A stretch of DNA of 64,000 nucleotides from Kiritimatiellia bacterium. Its GTDB lineage: Bacteria; Verrucomicrobiota; Kiritimatiellia; JAAZAB01. Position numbers and translations under genes: made by a program. The stretch lies in the NCBI GenBank assembly GCA_040767085.1, contig JAXGPF010000009.1, forward strand, positions 2,307 to 66,306. Reading direction: 5' to 3'. Positions 38,217 through 47,009 of this stretch are shown piece after piece. The notes under the pieces are model-generated. The model was given only the letters and a program-made list of their open reading frames with translations. It searched no databases and had not been told where the DNA came from. How positions within the stretch are numbered: the stretch's first letter is position 1; each line of letters opens with the position of its first letter.

Positions 38217-39341
38217 TTACCCGCTACACGCCGGCGCCGGACCGCATGAACCGCGAATGACTAACCGACTCTGCAAGCGGATGCCGGGACATTCCGCGCC
38301 CGGCGACAGCATGCGCCGTTCCAGCATGGCCACGGCCGCCGCCCCCAACTCGTAACGCGGCACGCGCACAGTGGTCAACGGCGGGCGGGCCTGCTCCGCG
38401 CCCGGCGCGTCGTCAAACCCCAGGACCGATACATCTCCGGGGACGCGCAAACCGTCCTGCTCCAGCGCTTCGATGACGCCCAGCGCCTTAACATCCGTGG
38501 ATGCGAACACCGCGGTGAACGCCGCCGTCCGTCGTCGCAGCTCCCGGACAGCGGCCGCGCCATTTTCCGCCATGCCGTACGGCGCATACGCCACTAGCTG
38601 TTCGTCGTAAGGAACCCCGAAGGTGTGCAAGCCGATGGCGTAGCCCGCCATCCGCTCGGAATGGCGGGGCGTATCCTGTGGCGGAATGACCAAGGCCACC
38701 GCGCGGTGCCCAAGTTGCTGGATCAAATAGGACATGCCTTCCACCACGCCGCTCAGCCGGTCAATCGCGACGGTATTCGGAGGAAGCTGGCCGGCGACTC
38801 CATACGGACGCATCGCCACCCAGGGCACACGGGCTGTCCGGGCGCGCTCCTCGACGCCGGGCGGCGGATCGAGCATGATCAGGCCTAAGGCTGCCGACGG
38901 CGCCCCGTCCAAATGCCCGGCCAATTCCGGGTAATCCAGCAAGCGCACCCGGCCGTCAAAATTGTTGATCACACCGCGGTGGAGTTCATACGTGACGAAC
39001 CAGCTGACATCGGTGCGTTTTAAATCATCCGGCGAGTGCAGTCCGCAAAGCAACAGCGTGCGTTCGCGGGTGCGCGGCGGCGGCGCATGCCGGGCGGCGA
39101 CAAAAGTGCCGGCGCCTTTCCGCCGCACCACCATGCCGCGGCGCTCCAGTTCCGCCAGGGCGCGGGTTACGGTCGCCGTGCTTAAGCCGTATCGCTGTTT
39201 CAATTCGGCTTCCGTGCACAACTTGTCGCCGACGGCATAGGCGCCGCTCCGGATGGCCGATTCCAGGCGGGCGCACAGCTGGGCGTACTTGGGCACGGCG
39301 CTGGAATCATCCAGTGGAGCGAATTTGTGTTTTCCGCTCAT
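38217..39341 (-). CDS. GntR-family transcriptional regulator with LacI/PBP1-type sugar-binding domain
   Basis: N-terminal GntR wHTH (LCTEAELKQRYGLSTATVTRALAELERRGMV). C-terminal periplasmic-binding-protein-like domain. Confidence 0.65.
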   Translation of the reverse strand: MSGKHKFAPLDDSSAVPKYAQLCARLESAIRSGAYAVGDKLCTEAELKQRYGLSTATVTRALAELERRGMVVRRKGAGTFVAARHAPPPRTRERTLLLCGLHSPDDLKRTDVSWFVTYELHRGVINNFDGRVRLLDYPELAGHLDGAPSAALGLIMLDPPPGVEERARTARVPWVAMRPYGVAGQLPPNTVAIDRLSGVVEGMSYLIQQLGHRAVALVIPPQDTPRHSERMAGYAIGLHTFGVPYDEQLVAYAPYGMAENGAAAVRELRRRTAAFTAVFASTDVKALGVIEALEQDGLRVPGDVSVLGFDDAPGAEQARPPLTTVRVPRYELGAAAVAMLERRMLSPGAECPGIRLQSRLVIRGSCGPAPACSG

Positions 39342-40756
39342 ACCGAGACCTTGATTTGATCGCGCGTCACCCATTCCCCGGTTTCATCGCCGATGGAGAT
39401 GCGCGCGGGGTACAAAAGGCCCCAATCGCGCCGGCGCCGGTAAGAATCCAGCAATACCGGGAGGCTGGGCTGCAGCCGGCCGCGGAAACGCTCGCGGCCC
39501 CAGACCATGATGCGCACATCTGCCGGATCGATCCCCATACGGGGATGCAGCCAGAGGGTGAAGCGCCGGACATTTTTCGGGGTGACCTCAATCACGCCAT
39601 CGTCCCGGATATAGGCATCCACCGCCCCGCCCGGGACGTGTTTGCGGCGGACGGTGAAGGCGATATTGTTCCAATCGTCCTCCACGGCATCGCGGCAATC
39701 TGACATGGTCAACATGTCGAACATGATGGTTTCGTCGCCCACCTCGTCAATCGTCACCCAGCGCGCATGCGGCGCCTCCGCCAGATCATGAAAATCGGTG
39801 TGGTTTTGCGCCGCCACGGAAGGCGTCTTGTGCCGGCGCCAGTCGCTCCAGGGCGTCAAGCCGCGCGGCGTCACCGCCACCACCCGCGGGTAATACGGAT
39901 TGCGCCTTTGATCCCGGCTCCATTTCAGCCATTCGTACAAAGCCGGCCGGGCATCCAGCAACGGATGCCCGCCGGAATGTTCGCGGTAAAAATTCGCCAC
40001 TCCAACCTGATCAAGGCGCAGCTTGGCGGCGCGGGCGAACTCGATATCCGTCCCATGCCGGCGCCGGAACATGACTGCGTCGTTGATCCCCTGCGAAATC
40101 CAGATGGTGGTGCCCATCAACGCCGGCCAGTAAGCCAGGTCCCAGTGGCTGGACGAACTGAAAACGCTGGCAAACCGGTCCGCCAGGCGATGCGCCATGT
40201 GATTGGCGCCCATGCCGCCCATTGAAGTGCCGCCCAGAATGACATTGTCGGGATCAATATTATAAAAACTCTCCAGTTCGGTAATGACATCCGCCAGGTA
40301 CGGCTCCGCCTCCGGCAGATGCCAGCGCGCCCAACTGCGGGGATGCGGCGGCGCCGACGGACAGCAAACGATCCGCCCGCTGCCTTCCAGCAAATCATTG
40401 AGATTCTGGTGCTCATAAAAGTGCCGCCCGCCATCACCGCCGCCCCGCCCTCCGCCATGCAACATGAGCAGCAGCCCATAAGCCCGGGCCGGATCATAAT
40501 CCGGCGGCACATAGACGGTCAGCGGCTGGTCGGGATATCTGCCGGCCAACCCCGGCGACAGGAAGGCGCGGCTGATCTGCCAGCCGGTGGCCGGCCGCGG
40601 CGGACGGACCGGTTTTAATGCGGCGATGATTTCATCGAAATCCGCCGGCGGAACGTCCTGCAAGGCGGCGCGCAGTTCCATGCGCGCGGCTTCGCCGCCG
40701 GTCGACAGATATGCGCGAGCTTGTTGGATAATGGCCTGCATGGCGTTAAGATTCAT
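39338..40756 (-). CDS. alpha/beta-hydrolase (esterase / PHB-depolymerase-like)
   Basis: Nucleophile elbow GGTSMGG. LLMLHGGG oxyanion region. ATG at 40756 chosen; the ORF extends to 41029. Confidence 0.5.
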   Translation of the reverse strand: MNLNAMQAIIQQARAYLSTGGEAARMELRAALQDVPPADFDEIIAALKPVRPPRPATGWQISRAFLSPGLAGRYPDQPLTVYVPPDYDPARAYGLLLMLHGGGRGGGDGGRHFYEHQNLNDLLEGSGRIVCCPSAPPHPRSWARWHLPEAEPYLADVITELESFYNIDPDNVILGGTSMGGMGANHMAHRLADRFASVFSSSSHWDLAYWPALMGTTIWISQGINDAVMFRRRHGTDIEFARAAKLRLDQVGVANFYREHSGGHPLLDARPALYEWLKWSRDQRRNPYYPRVVAVTPRGLTPWSDWRRHKTPSVAAQNHTDFHDLAEAPHARWVTIDEVGDETIMFDMLTMSDCRDAVEDDWNNIAFTVRRKHVPGGAVDAYIRDDGVIEVTPKNVRRFTLWLHPRMGIDPADVRIMVWGRERFRGRLQPSLPVLLDSYRRRRDWGLLYPARISIGDETGEWVTRDQIKVSV

Positions 40757-40802
40757 ATGACATCCCTGCGGGGATGTCAATTTTTTTCGGCTGATATGAT
40801 GA

Positions 40803-41171
40803 TTACAGTGGCCGGCGGCGCCGGGTGATTTCCACGGCAGCGCGCGCCAGGCAGCGGCAGGGCCGCGGCTTGGCCAGCAGTATCCGGACTTCTGATATGC
40901 GCCGGTCTGCCAAACACTCCGCCGCCAGCCGGTGCGCCAGCGATTCCAGCAAGACCCAGGGGCGGCCACGCGCCGCCGCGCGCAGGCGTTCCGCCAGCGC
41001 GGCGTAATCCACGGTATCCGCGAGGGCATCCGATCTCCCGGCCGGCGCCAGGTCGCAAACCAGCGCCACGGACGCCAGCAACCGGCGCGGGCGCCGGCGT
41101 TCGGCCGGGGTAACCCCGATCCGGCAGTGCAAAACCAAATCGTCCAGATGCATTAAGTCCCGGTATGACAT
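40803..41171 (-). CDS. folB: dihydroneopterin aldolase
   Basis: 122-aa ORF resembling FolB (LVLHCRIGVTPAER...TVDYAAL). Confidence 0.7.
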   Translation of the reverse strand: MSYRDLMHLDDLVLHCRIGVTPAERRRPRRLLASVALVCDLAPAGRSDALADTVDYAALAERLRAAARGRPWVLLESLAHRLAAECLADRRISEVRILLAKPRPCRCLARAAVEITRRRRPL

Positions 41172-41174
41172 AGG

Positions 41175-41891
41175 CTATCCCCGGAGGTGCTGGCCCCCAT
41201 CTACATAAATCACCTGGCCGGTAATGACGTCGCTGGTCAACAGGAACAGCAGCGCCGCGGCGATATCCTGCGGCGCCGGCCGGCGTCCCAAGGGAATGTC
41301 TCCGGCCGGCTCGCGCGCCGCCCGGCGACGCGGCAGCAGCACCGGGCCGGGGGCAATGGCGTTGATGACGCAGGCCGGCGCCAGTTCCAGGGCGGCCGCG
41401 GCCGTCGTCGCCGCCAGGGCCTTTTTCGACAGGGAGTAAGCCAGGGAATCGGAACGGTTGGAGACGATGCGTTGATCCAGGATATTGACGATCCGGCCGG
41501 CGGCGGTTTGCGCGGCGAAGTAACGCATCAGCAGCACCGGAGCAACCAGATTGATTTCCAAGGCCGCGCGCAGGTCGGCGGCGCCGGTATGGCGCAGGTC
41601 GCAGCGGTGGAAGACGGCGGCGTTATTGACGAGGATATCCAGGCCGCCCAGCGCGCGCCGCGCGGCGCCGATCAGGCGGCGGCAATCCGCCGGGCGCGCC
41701 AAATCCGCCGGCAGGGCCGCCGCCCGGCAGCCGCGCCGGCGCAAGGCTTCAGCCAGTTCCCCGGCCGCGCGGCGCGACCGGTGGTAATGCACCCCCACAT
41801 CGCAACCGGCATCCGCCAACGCCAGGCATAGCGCCTGGCCGATGCGCATCGCCCCGCCGGTAACCAAGGCCTTTTTACCGCTTAAAATCAT
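41175..41891 (-). CDS. SDR-family oxidoreductase (possible pteridine reductase, by adjacency to folB)
   Basis: TGGAMRIG cofactor motif, NNAA, and YSLSKKA catalytic Y-x3-K. Confidence 0.65.
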   Translation of the reverse strand: MILSGKKALVTGGAMRIGQALCLALADAGCDVGVHYHRSRRAAGELAEALRRRGCRAAALPADLARPADCRRLIGAARRALGGLDILVNNAAVFHRCDLRHTGAADLRAALEINLVAPVLLMRYFAAQTAAGRIVNILDQRIVSNRSDSLAYSLSKKALAATTAAAALELAPACVINAIAPGPVLLPRRRAAREPAGDIPLGRRPAPQDIAAALLFLLTSDVITGQVIYVDGGQHLRG

Positions 41892-42675
41892 CGGAATGAA
41901 TCCATTTTCCCAGTGCGCGATCGTAGACATCCACCACCCAGCGCAGGGGCGAATACATCAGGCGCAGGCGGACCATGGCCACGAACATTTCCAGGGAAGC
42001 CCGGACGATGTTCAGACGCGAACCGGAAATATCATGCCACACCGTGGGGGCTTCGACAATGGAAAAACCGGCGCGGCGCAGTTGGAAAAGCAGGTCCACG
42101 TCGAACGCCCAGCGAGTGATCCCCAGCGCCGGCAAAACCGCGCGGCCGGCGGCGCGGGTCATCAACTTGGCGCCGCACTGGGTGTCCGAGATGCGCAAGC
42201 CGAATAAAAGCCGCACAAACCAATTAAAAAGCAGGGAAGCCGCCCGGCGGCTCAGCGGCTGGCGCGGGCTGATCCGGGAGCGCGGATGCCGGCGCGAGGC
42301 GATCACGGCTCCAGCCGCGCCGATGCGGCGCACCAGGTCATGAAAGGCCTCCGGGGGAGTCGCGCCGTCGGCATCCACAAAACCGATCAAGCCGCCCCGG
42401 GCGCGCTCCAGCCCCAGGATGACCGCGCCGCCTTTGCCGATAACGCGATTTTCCACGATGACCTGCAACTGTGGGAAGCGGGGCGCGAATGATCGCGCCA
42501 CCGCTTCCGTGGCGTCGCGGGATCCGTTCACCACCACCAGCAATTCAAACGCGCCATCGAAAATTTCGCTGAAATACGGCAGGTATGCCTCCAGCATCCG
42601 GCCCAGCCGTGCTTCCTCGTTATAAGCTGGCACAACAATCGATAATTGGAGGCTGGATTGGTCCATAATCTTCAC
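41875..42675 (-). CDS. family 2 glycosyltransferase (polyprenyl-phosphate hexosyltransferase-like)
   Basis: SIVVPAYNEE and DAD motifs (VDADGATPP). DPM1/ArnC-like size. Confidence 0.7.
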   Translation of the reverse strand: MKIMDQSSLQLSIVVPAYNEEARLGRMLEAYLPYFSEIFDGAFELLVVVNGSRDATEAVARSFAPRFPQLQVIVENRVIGKGGAVILGLERARGGLIGFVDADGATPPEAFHDLVRRIGAAGAVIASRRHPRSRISPRQPLSRRAASLLFNWFVRLLFGLRISDTQCGAKLMTRAAGRAVLPALGITRWAFDVDLLFQLRRAGFSIVEAPTVWHDISGSRLNIVRASLEMFVAMVRLRLMYSPLRWVVDVYDRALGKWIHSDDFKR

Positions 42676-42748
42676 AAGCGGCCTGCGGCCACGATTAAAG
42701 ACTGCAGGCTGCCTTCAGATACCAGGCGCCAGGCTGCCAGCGCCGGAT

Positions 42749-43900
42749 TTATGACGACGCATCCCGCACTTTCTGGATGGGCAGGCCGCGCCGGATGTAA
42801 GTCGGCTTATCGAGGTTCTCGCTGTCCATGATTGTCGGCTCGACGCCATCAAACCGGCCGGCGGCATTGGCGCCGAACAAACTGAGCTGCGTGGCTTTGC
42901 CGCGCGGAACCGGCGATGGCGCCGGCGCGGTTTTGCCCACCGCCCCCAGCGCGGCGGGATTGGCGTCTTCCGCCAGGAACACCATGGCCCAGATTTTGCC
43001 GGTCAGCGCCGGATCGCAAGCCATTCCCGTCATCATTAACGCTTCCGCGCCGCCGTTGCCGCCCAGGCGCGCAACGATGTGCTGCGCTTCCCGCAGGGTT
43101 AAATCCGGGCCGCCGGAAATATTCAAAATGAAGGCGCGAGCTGCGCGCAATGCCGCCCCGCCGTCCAGCAAAGGGTGGTTCAACAAGGCCGCCGCCGCCT
43201 GTTCCGCCTTGTCGTCGCCCGCGGCTTCCGCGCAGGCCATCAGGCAGCGCCCGTTGCCCAGGCGCACCAGAGCGCATAAATCAGCGAAGGAAACGTTAAT
43301 CACGCCGCGCCGGGCCAGCAGGCGCCAGAGCGCCTGCAGGCAAGCGCGCAAGAAGTCATGCGCATTATCGAACAGGCGGTCCAGCGGGGCATCCTCCGCC
43401 GCGCCGGACAACAGGCGCTGGTTCGGCAGGCAGATTACGCCGTCCGCCGCCTCCTGCAAGGCCAGCAGCCCCTGCGCCGCCTGGTCCTGGCGGCGGCGGC
43501 TTTCGCAATCGAAAGGCAGCATGGACAGCGCCAGCGTCAAGGCGCCAAACTTACGGGCCTCGGCCATGATCATGGGCGCCGCCCCGGTCCCCGTGCCGCC
43601 GCCCAATCCCGTCGCCAGCAATACCAGCCGGGCCTGCTCCAGCCATGGCCGCAAGGCGGGCAGGTCTTCTTCCATGGCACGTTGACCCAGGCGGGGGTCG
43701 CCGCCCGTGCCCAGGCCATGAAGATGCCGCGCGCCGATTTGCAGGAATTGCACGCCGGCATCCGGCGGCATCTCGCGCGCTTCCGTGTTGACCGCCAGCA
43801 TTGGCGGATGCTCCGGCCAGGCGGAAGCCAACGCCGCGACGGCCGTGCAACCGCTGTCACCCACCCCGACAATCAACATATTCGTTGGCGGCATATCCAC
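42749..43900 (-). CDS. ftsZ: cell division protein FtsZ (divergent N-terminus and T1 loop)
   Basis: Tubulin signature GGGTGTGAAP followed by MIAEARKFGALTLALSMLPFDCESRRR, with near residue-by-residue correspondence to canonical FtsZ. The T1 loop is GVGDSGCTA instead of GGGGGNA. C-terminal LDKPTYIRRG resembles the FtsA-binding peptide. Located at the end of the dcw order. Confidence 0.8.
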   Translation of the reverse strand: MDMPPTNMLIVGVGDSGCTAVAALASAWPEHPPMLAVNTEAREMPPDAGVQFLQIGARHLHGLGTGGDPRLGQRAMEEDLPALRPWLEQARLVLLATGLGGGTGTGAAPMIMAEARKFGALTLALSMLPFDCESRRRQDQAAQGLLALQEAADGVICLPNQRLLSGAAEDAPLDRLFDNAHDFLRACLQALWRLLARRGVINVSFADLCALVRLGNGRCLMACAEAAGDDKAEQAAAALLNHPLLDGGAALRAARAFILNISGGPDLTLREAQHIVARLGGNGGAEALMMTGMACDPALTGKIWAMVFLAEDANPAALGAVGKTAPAPSPVPRGKATQLSLFGANAAGRFDGVEPTIMDSENLDKPTYIRRGLPIQKVRDASS

Positions 43901-43903
43901 CTT

Positions 43904-45112
43904 TCACCGTCCCATCCAGCGCGCCATTTTCTGCCAAAAACCCGGCGGGGGCGCGCGGCGCGCGTTCTTGATCGCATAGCGTATCATTCCCAGCGGGGCG
44001 GCATATTCGGGACCTTCGTAGGCATTGGCCATGCCGCTGTAATTCTTGGGCTTGCCGACGGAACAGGGCAAGTCAAACACCCGCTCCGCCACCCCGGCGA
44101 TGCCCTTGAGATGCGATCCGCCGCCGGCCAGGACCACGCCCGCGCCCAATCCCGGCACCAGGCCGCGGGCGTCAAGGTTGCGTTTGATAATTTCGAACAA
44201 TTCGCTCACCCGGGCGTTGATGATCGTGTAAAGATCGGCGGCGGAGATGGAACAGGCGGCGAAACCGCCCTCGGCATGGATCGTGATCCGCTGGAATGGG
44301 GCGCCGGAATTCATGATCTGGGCCGTGCCGTTTTCCTTTTTCAAGACTTCAGCCCGCTTCATCGGCAGGTTGAATCCCATGGCAATGTCATTGGTCACGT
44401 GATCGCCGCCAACCGCCAGGACGCCGACATCGGCGATGATGCCGTCATGGTAAACCAGATAACTGCTGGTGCCCGCGCCCAGGTCGATGACCAGCACCCC
44501 GCATTCCTTCTGCTCCGGCGTCAAGGTGGCCAGCGCGGAGCACAAGCCGCTGCAGGCGAGATCCGTGACTTCCAGGCCGACCGATTGCGCCGCATTTACA
44601 AACTGGCTGAGCAGGTTCCGCAAGCCATGCACGATCAGCATGTCCAGCGAAAGGCGGCTGCCCTGCATTTTTTCCGGGTTGACGATCCCGGTCTGGCTGT
44701 CCACGGTGTATTTCTGGGGAATGGAGTGCAGCACCTCGCGGTCATGCGGCAGGTTGATTGTCCGGGCGATGTGCATCACCTCGTTAATGTCCTCTTCCGT
44801 CACGCCGCGCAGGGCATCAAACACGGGCACGCTGCCGGGATTGATCACGCTCTGGATATGCCCGCCCGCGGCCACCAGGTTCACCGCGCGGATGTCCACG
44901 CCGCCGCTTTCCTCGGCGCCCCGCACGGCCAGCCGGACGCATTCCGCCGCCTTCTCGAGGTCAACGATGATGCCTTTGCGCACACCGCAGGAAGGGCATT
45001 GCCCCAGTCCGGTAATCAGGATGTTGCCATCTTCGCGCGCTTCACCTACCAGCGCGCAGATTTTTGCAGTTCCGATTTCCAACGCCACCACCGGCGGAAA
45101 TGACATAACCAC
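43904..45112 (-). CDS. ftsA: cell division protein FtsA
   Basis: Actin-fold motifs (VALEIGTAKICALVGE; VIDLGAGTSS) and its position between ftsQ and ftsZ. Confidence 0.85.
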   Translation of the reverse strand: MVMSFPPVVALEIGTAKICALVGEAREDGNILITGLGQCPSCGVRKGIIVDLEKAAECVRLAVRGAEESGGVDIRAVNLVAAGGHIQSVINPGSVPVFDALRGVTEEDINEVMHIARTINLPHDREVLHSIPQKYTVDSQTGIVNPEKMQGSRLSLDMLIVHGLRNLLSQFVNAAQSVGLEVTDLACSGLCSALATLTPEQKECGVLVIDLGAGTSSYLVYHDGIIADVGVLAVGGDHVTNDIAMGFNLPMKRAEVLKKENGTAQIMNSGAPFQRITIHAEGGFAACSISAADLYTIINARVSELFEIIKRNLDARGLVPGLGAGVVLAGGGSHLKGIAGVAERVFDLPCSVGKPKNYSGMANAYEGPEYAAPLGMIRYAIKNARRAPPPGFWQKMARWMGR

Positions 45113-45119
45113 TCCGTTG

Positions 45120-46016
45120 CTACTGCTGCGCCGGAAAATTATTTTCCAGCGTCATATTGAGGATTTTGAAGGCGCGGCCCTGGCGCTTGATATCCGCCAA
45201 CCGCTGTAATTTCTTCTCCAGATACTGGCGCGACAATGTGGAACGAAAGTTCATCTGCTGCCAGGCAAAGCGTACTTCGCTGTCATCTGCCAGCAGCAGA
45301 TTCAATTCTTCGGGCGCCCTCAAATCCACCCGCACGATATTCACATAACGTCCGGCCGGCGTGTTTTGGCAGGCGCCTAAAACATCCAGCGCCAGCATGA
45401 TCCGCGTGCCGCCCAGGTCCATGCCCGGACGCGCCAGAACCAGGTCATGCCCGGTAATCCAAGGCAGCCGGCGGGCGGCGTCCACCCCCCCCATGACCCG
45501 TCCTTCGGCATCGAGGGCCAGGGTGTATCCCTCCATTTTCAAACGCGCCAGAGCGGCCCGCTCCCGCGCCCGCACCAGCAACTGGCTGGGCAGGCGGCGC
45601 GATAATTCCACATCCTTGAGCTTGGGCAGCTTGGCCAGCAAGGCACGGCGGGCGACCGGCAGGCTGTCGGCAAAAAGGTTGTCCCCGGGACGAAACGGCA
45701 AAAACGCCAGGATATCCGCCTGGGCCACCTCGATCCCGGGGCATTCTACGCGGATGTCGCGGAGCGTAAAGAAGCGGTTGTTCCAGAAAAGCGCGCCGCC
45801 GATCGCATGAAATGTCATCCAGATGACCGTCAGCCCGGCGCCGAAAGCGAGCGCGATCACCGCCACGGCCGCGCCTTTGCGCCAATTCCAGCGGCTGCCG
45901 CCGTCCCGCCGCATTTTAACTTCCAGGATGGACGGCCGCGCCGCAGCCGCGCGCCGGCGCGCGCCGCGGCGCTCTCGTTGAATTTGCTGCCTGCGCTTGA
46001 AAAACATCGCGCCCAC
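45120..46016 (-). CDS. ftsQ: cell division protein FtsQ/DivIB (POTRA)
   Basis: Basic N-terminus, single TM, then a POTRA-like region (FFTLRDIRVEC...). Sits in the dcw position. Confidence 0.65.
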   Translation of the reverse strand: MGAMFFKRRQQIQRERRGARRRAAAARPSILEVKMRRDGGSRWNWRKGAAVAVIALAFGAGLTVIWMTFHAIGGALFWNNRFFTLRDIRVECPGIEVAQADILAFLPFRPGDNLFADSLPVARRALLAKLPKLKDVELSRRLPSQLLVRARERAALARLKMEGYTLALDAEGRVMGGVDAARRLPWITGHDLVLARPGMDLGGTRIMLALDVLGACQNTPAGRYVNIVRVDLRAPEELNLLLADDSEVRFAWQQMNFRSTLSRQYLEKKLQRLADIKRQGRAFKILNMTLENNFPAQQ

Positions 46017-46100
46017 CCTCCGTCATCGCGCTGGTTGATCCCGTCGATTCCCGCGCCAGTTTTGCCGCCGGTTTTTACCGTTCCGCATGTATCCGGCCGG

Positions 46101-47009
46101 CTAAGCCGGCGCCGGAATTTCCGCCAGCGCCAGTTCCATGATCCGACGGCACAAATCCGCGAACGGCAGACCCGCGGCGGCCGCGGCCTTCGGCAGCAGG
46201 CTGGTTTCGGTAAAACCGGGAATGGTGTTCAATTCCAGCGCGAACAACGCGCCATCATCGCGCAGACGGAAATCCACCCGGCCGAACCCGCGTCCGCCTA
46301 AAACCTGAAACGTCCGGACGGCCAAATCCTGGCAGCGCCCTGCGGTTTCCTCCGGGAGGGGCGCGGGGGCGAGGTATTCCGTCACGCCCTGGGTATACTT
46401 GGCGCGGTAATCGTAGTTGCTGTCGGGCGCGCGGATTTCCACCACCGGCAATGCCTGGCCGCCCACAATCCCCACCGTCAACTCGCGCCCCGGAATGTAT
46501 TCCTCGACCACCACCGCGCCGTTATAAGCCATGGCGTCCGCCAGCGCGGCGTCCCATTCCGCTTCACGGAGCACCCGGTGCACACCGAAGCTCGATCCCT
46601 GGCGCGGCGGTTTAACCACAGCCGGCAAGGGCATCTGACGGCGTCCGCCGGGTTGCAGCACTTCGTATCCCGGCGTGGGGATGCCGTTGGACAGCATGGC
46701 TTGCTTGGAAAGTATTTTGTCGAAAGCCAGCCGGCTGGCTGCCGGCCCCGAGCCGGTGTAAGGCACCCCCAACACTTCCAGGCGTTCCTGCACGGCGCCA
46801 TCCTCGCCGAATTCACCGTGCAGCGCGATGAACGCCGCCTGCGCGTTTTCCGGCAGAACCAGTTCCGGTCCGGTGATATCAACTTCCTCGACCATGTAGC
46901 CAGCCTGGCGCAAACCGCGCGCCACAGCCGCGCCGGAACGCAGCGACACTTCGCGTTCCTTGGAAAAACCGCCCATTAAAACCGCAATTGTAGCACCCAT
47001 ATCAATCAC
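46101..47009 (-). CDS. ddl: D-alanine--D-alanine ligase
   Basis: ATP-grasp motifs (ALHGEFGEDGAVQ; GVPYTGSG; ELNTIPGFT). Confidence 0.85.
   Translation of the reverse strand: MIDMGATIAVLMGGFSKEREVSLRSGAAVARGLRQAGYMVEEVDITGPELVLPENAQAAFIALHGEFGEDGAVQERLEVLGVPYTGSGPAASRLAFDKILSKQAMLSNGIPTPGYEVLQPGGRRQMPLPAVVKPPRQGSSFGVHRVLREAEWDAALADAMAYNGAVVVEEYIPGRELTVGIVGGQALPVVEIRAPDSNYDYRAKYTQGVTEYLAPAPLPEETAGRCQDLAVRTFQVLGGRGFGRVDFRLRDDGALFALELNTIPGFTETSLLPKAAAAAGLPFADLCRRIMELALAEIPAPA

Noticed and set aside
43358-45103. 581-aa plus-strand ORF
   Set aside because: Antisense to ftsZ/ftsA, which carry unambiguous motifs. Arg/Gly/Ala-rich composition.
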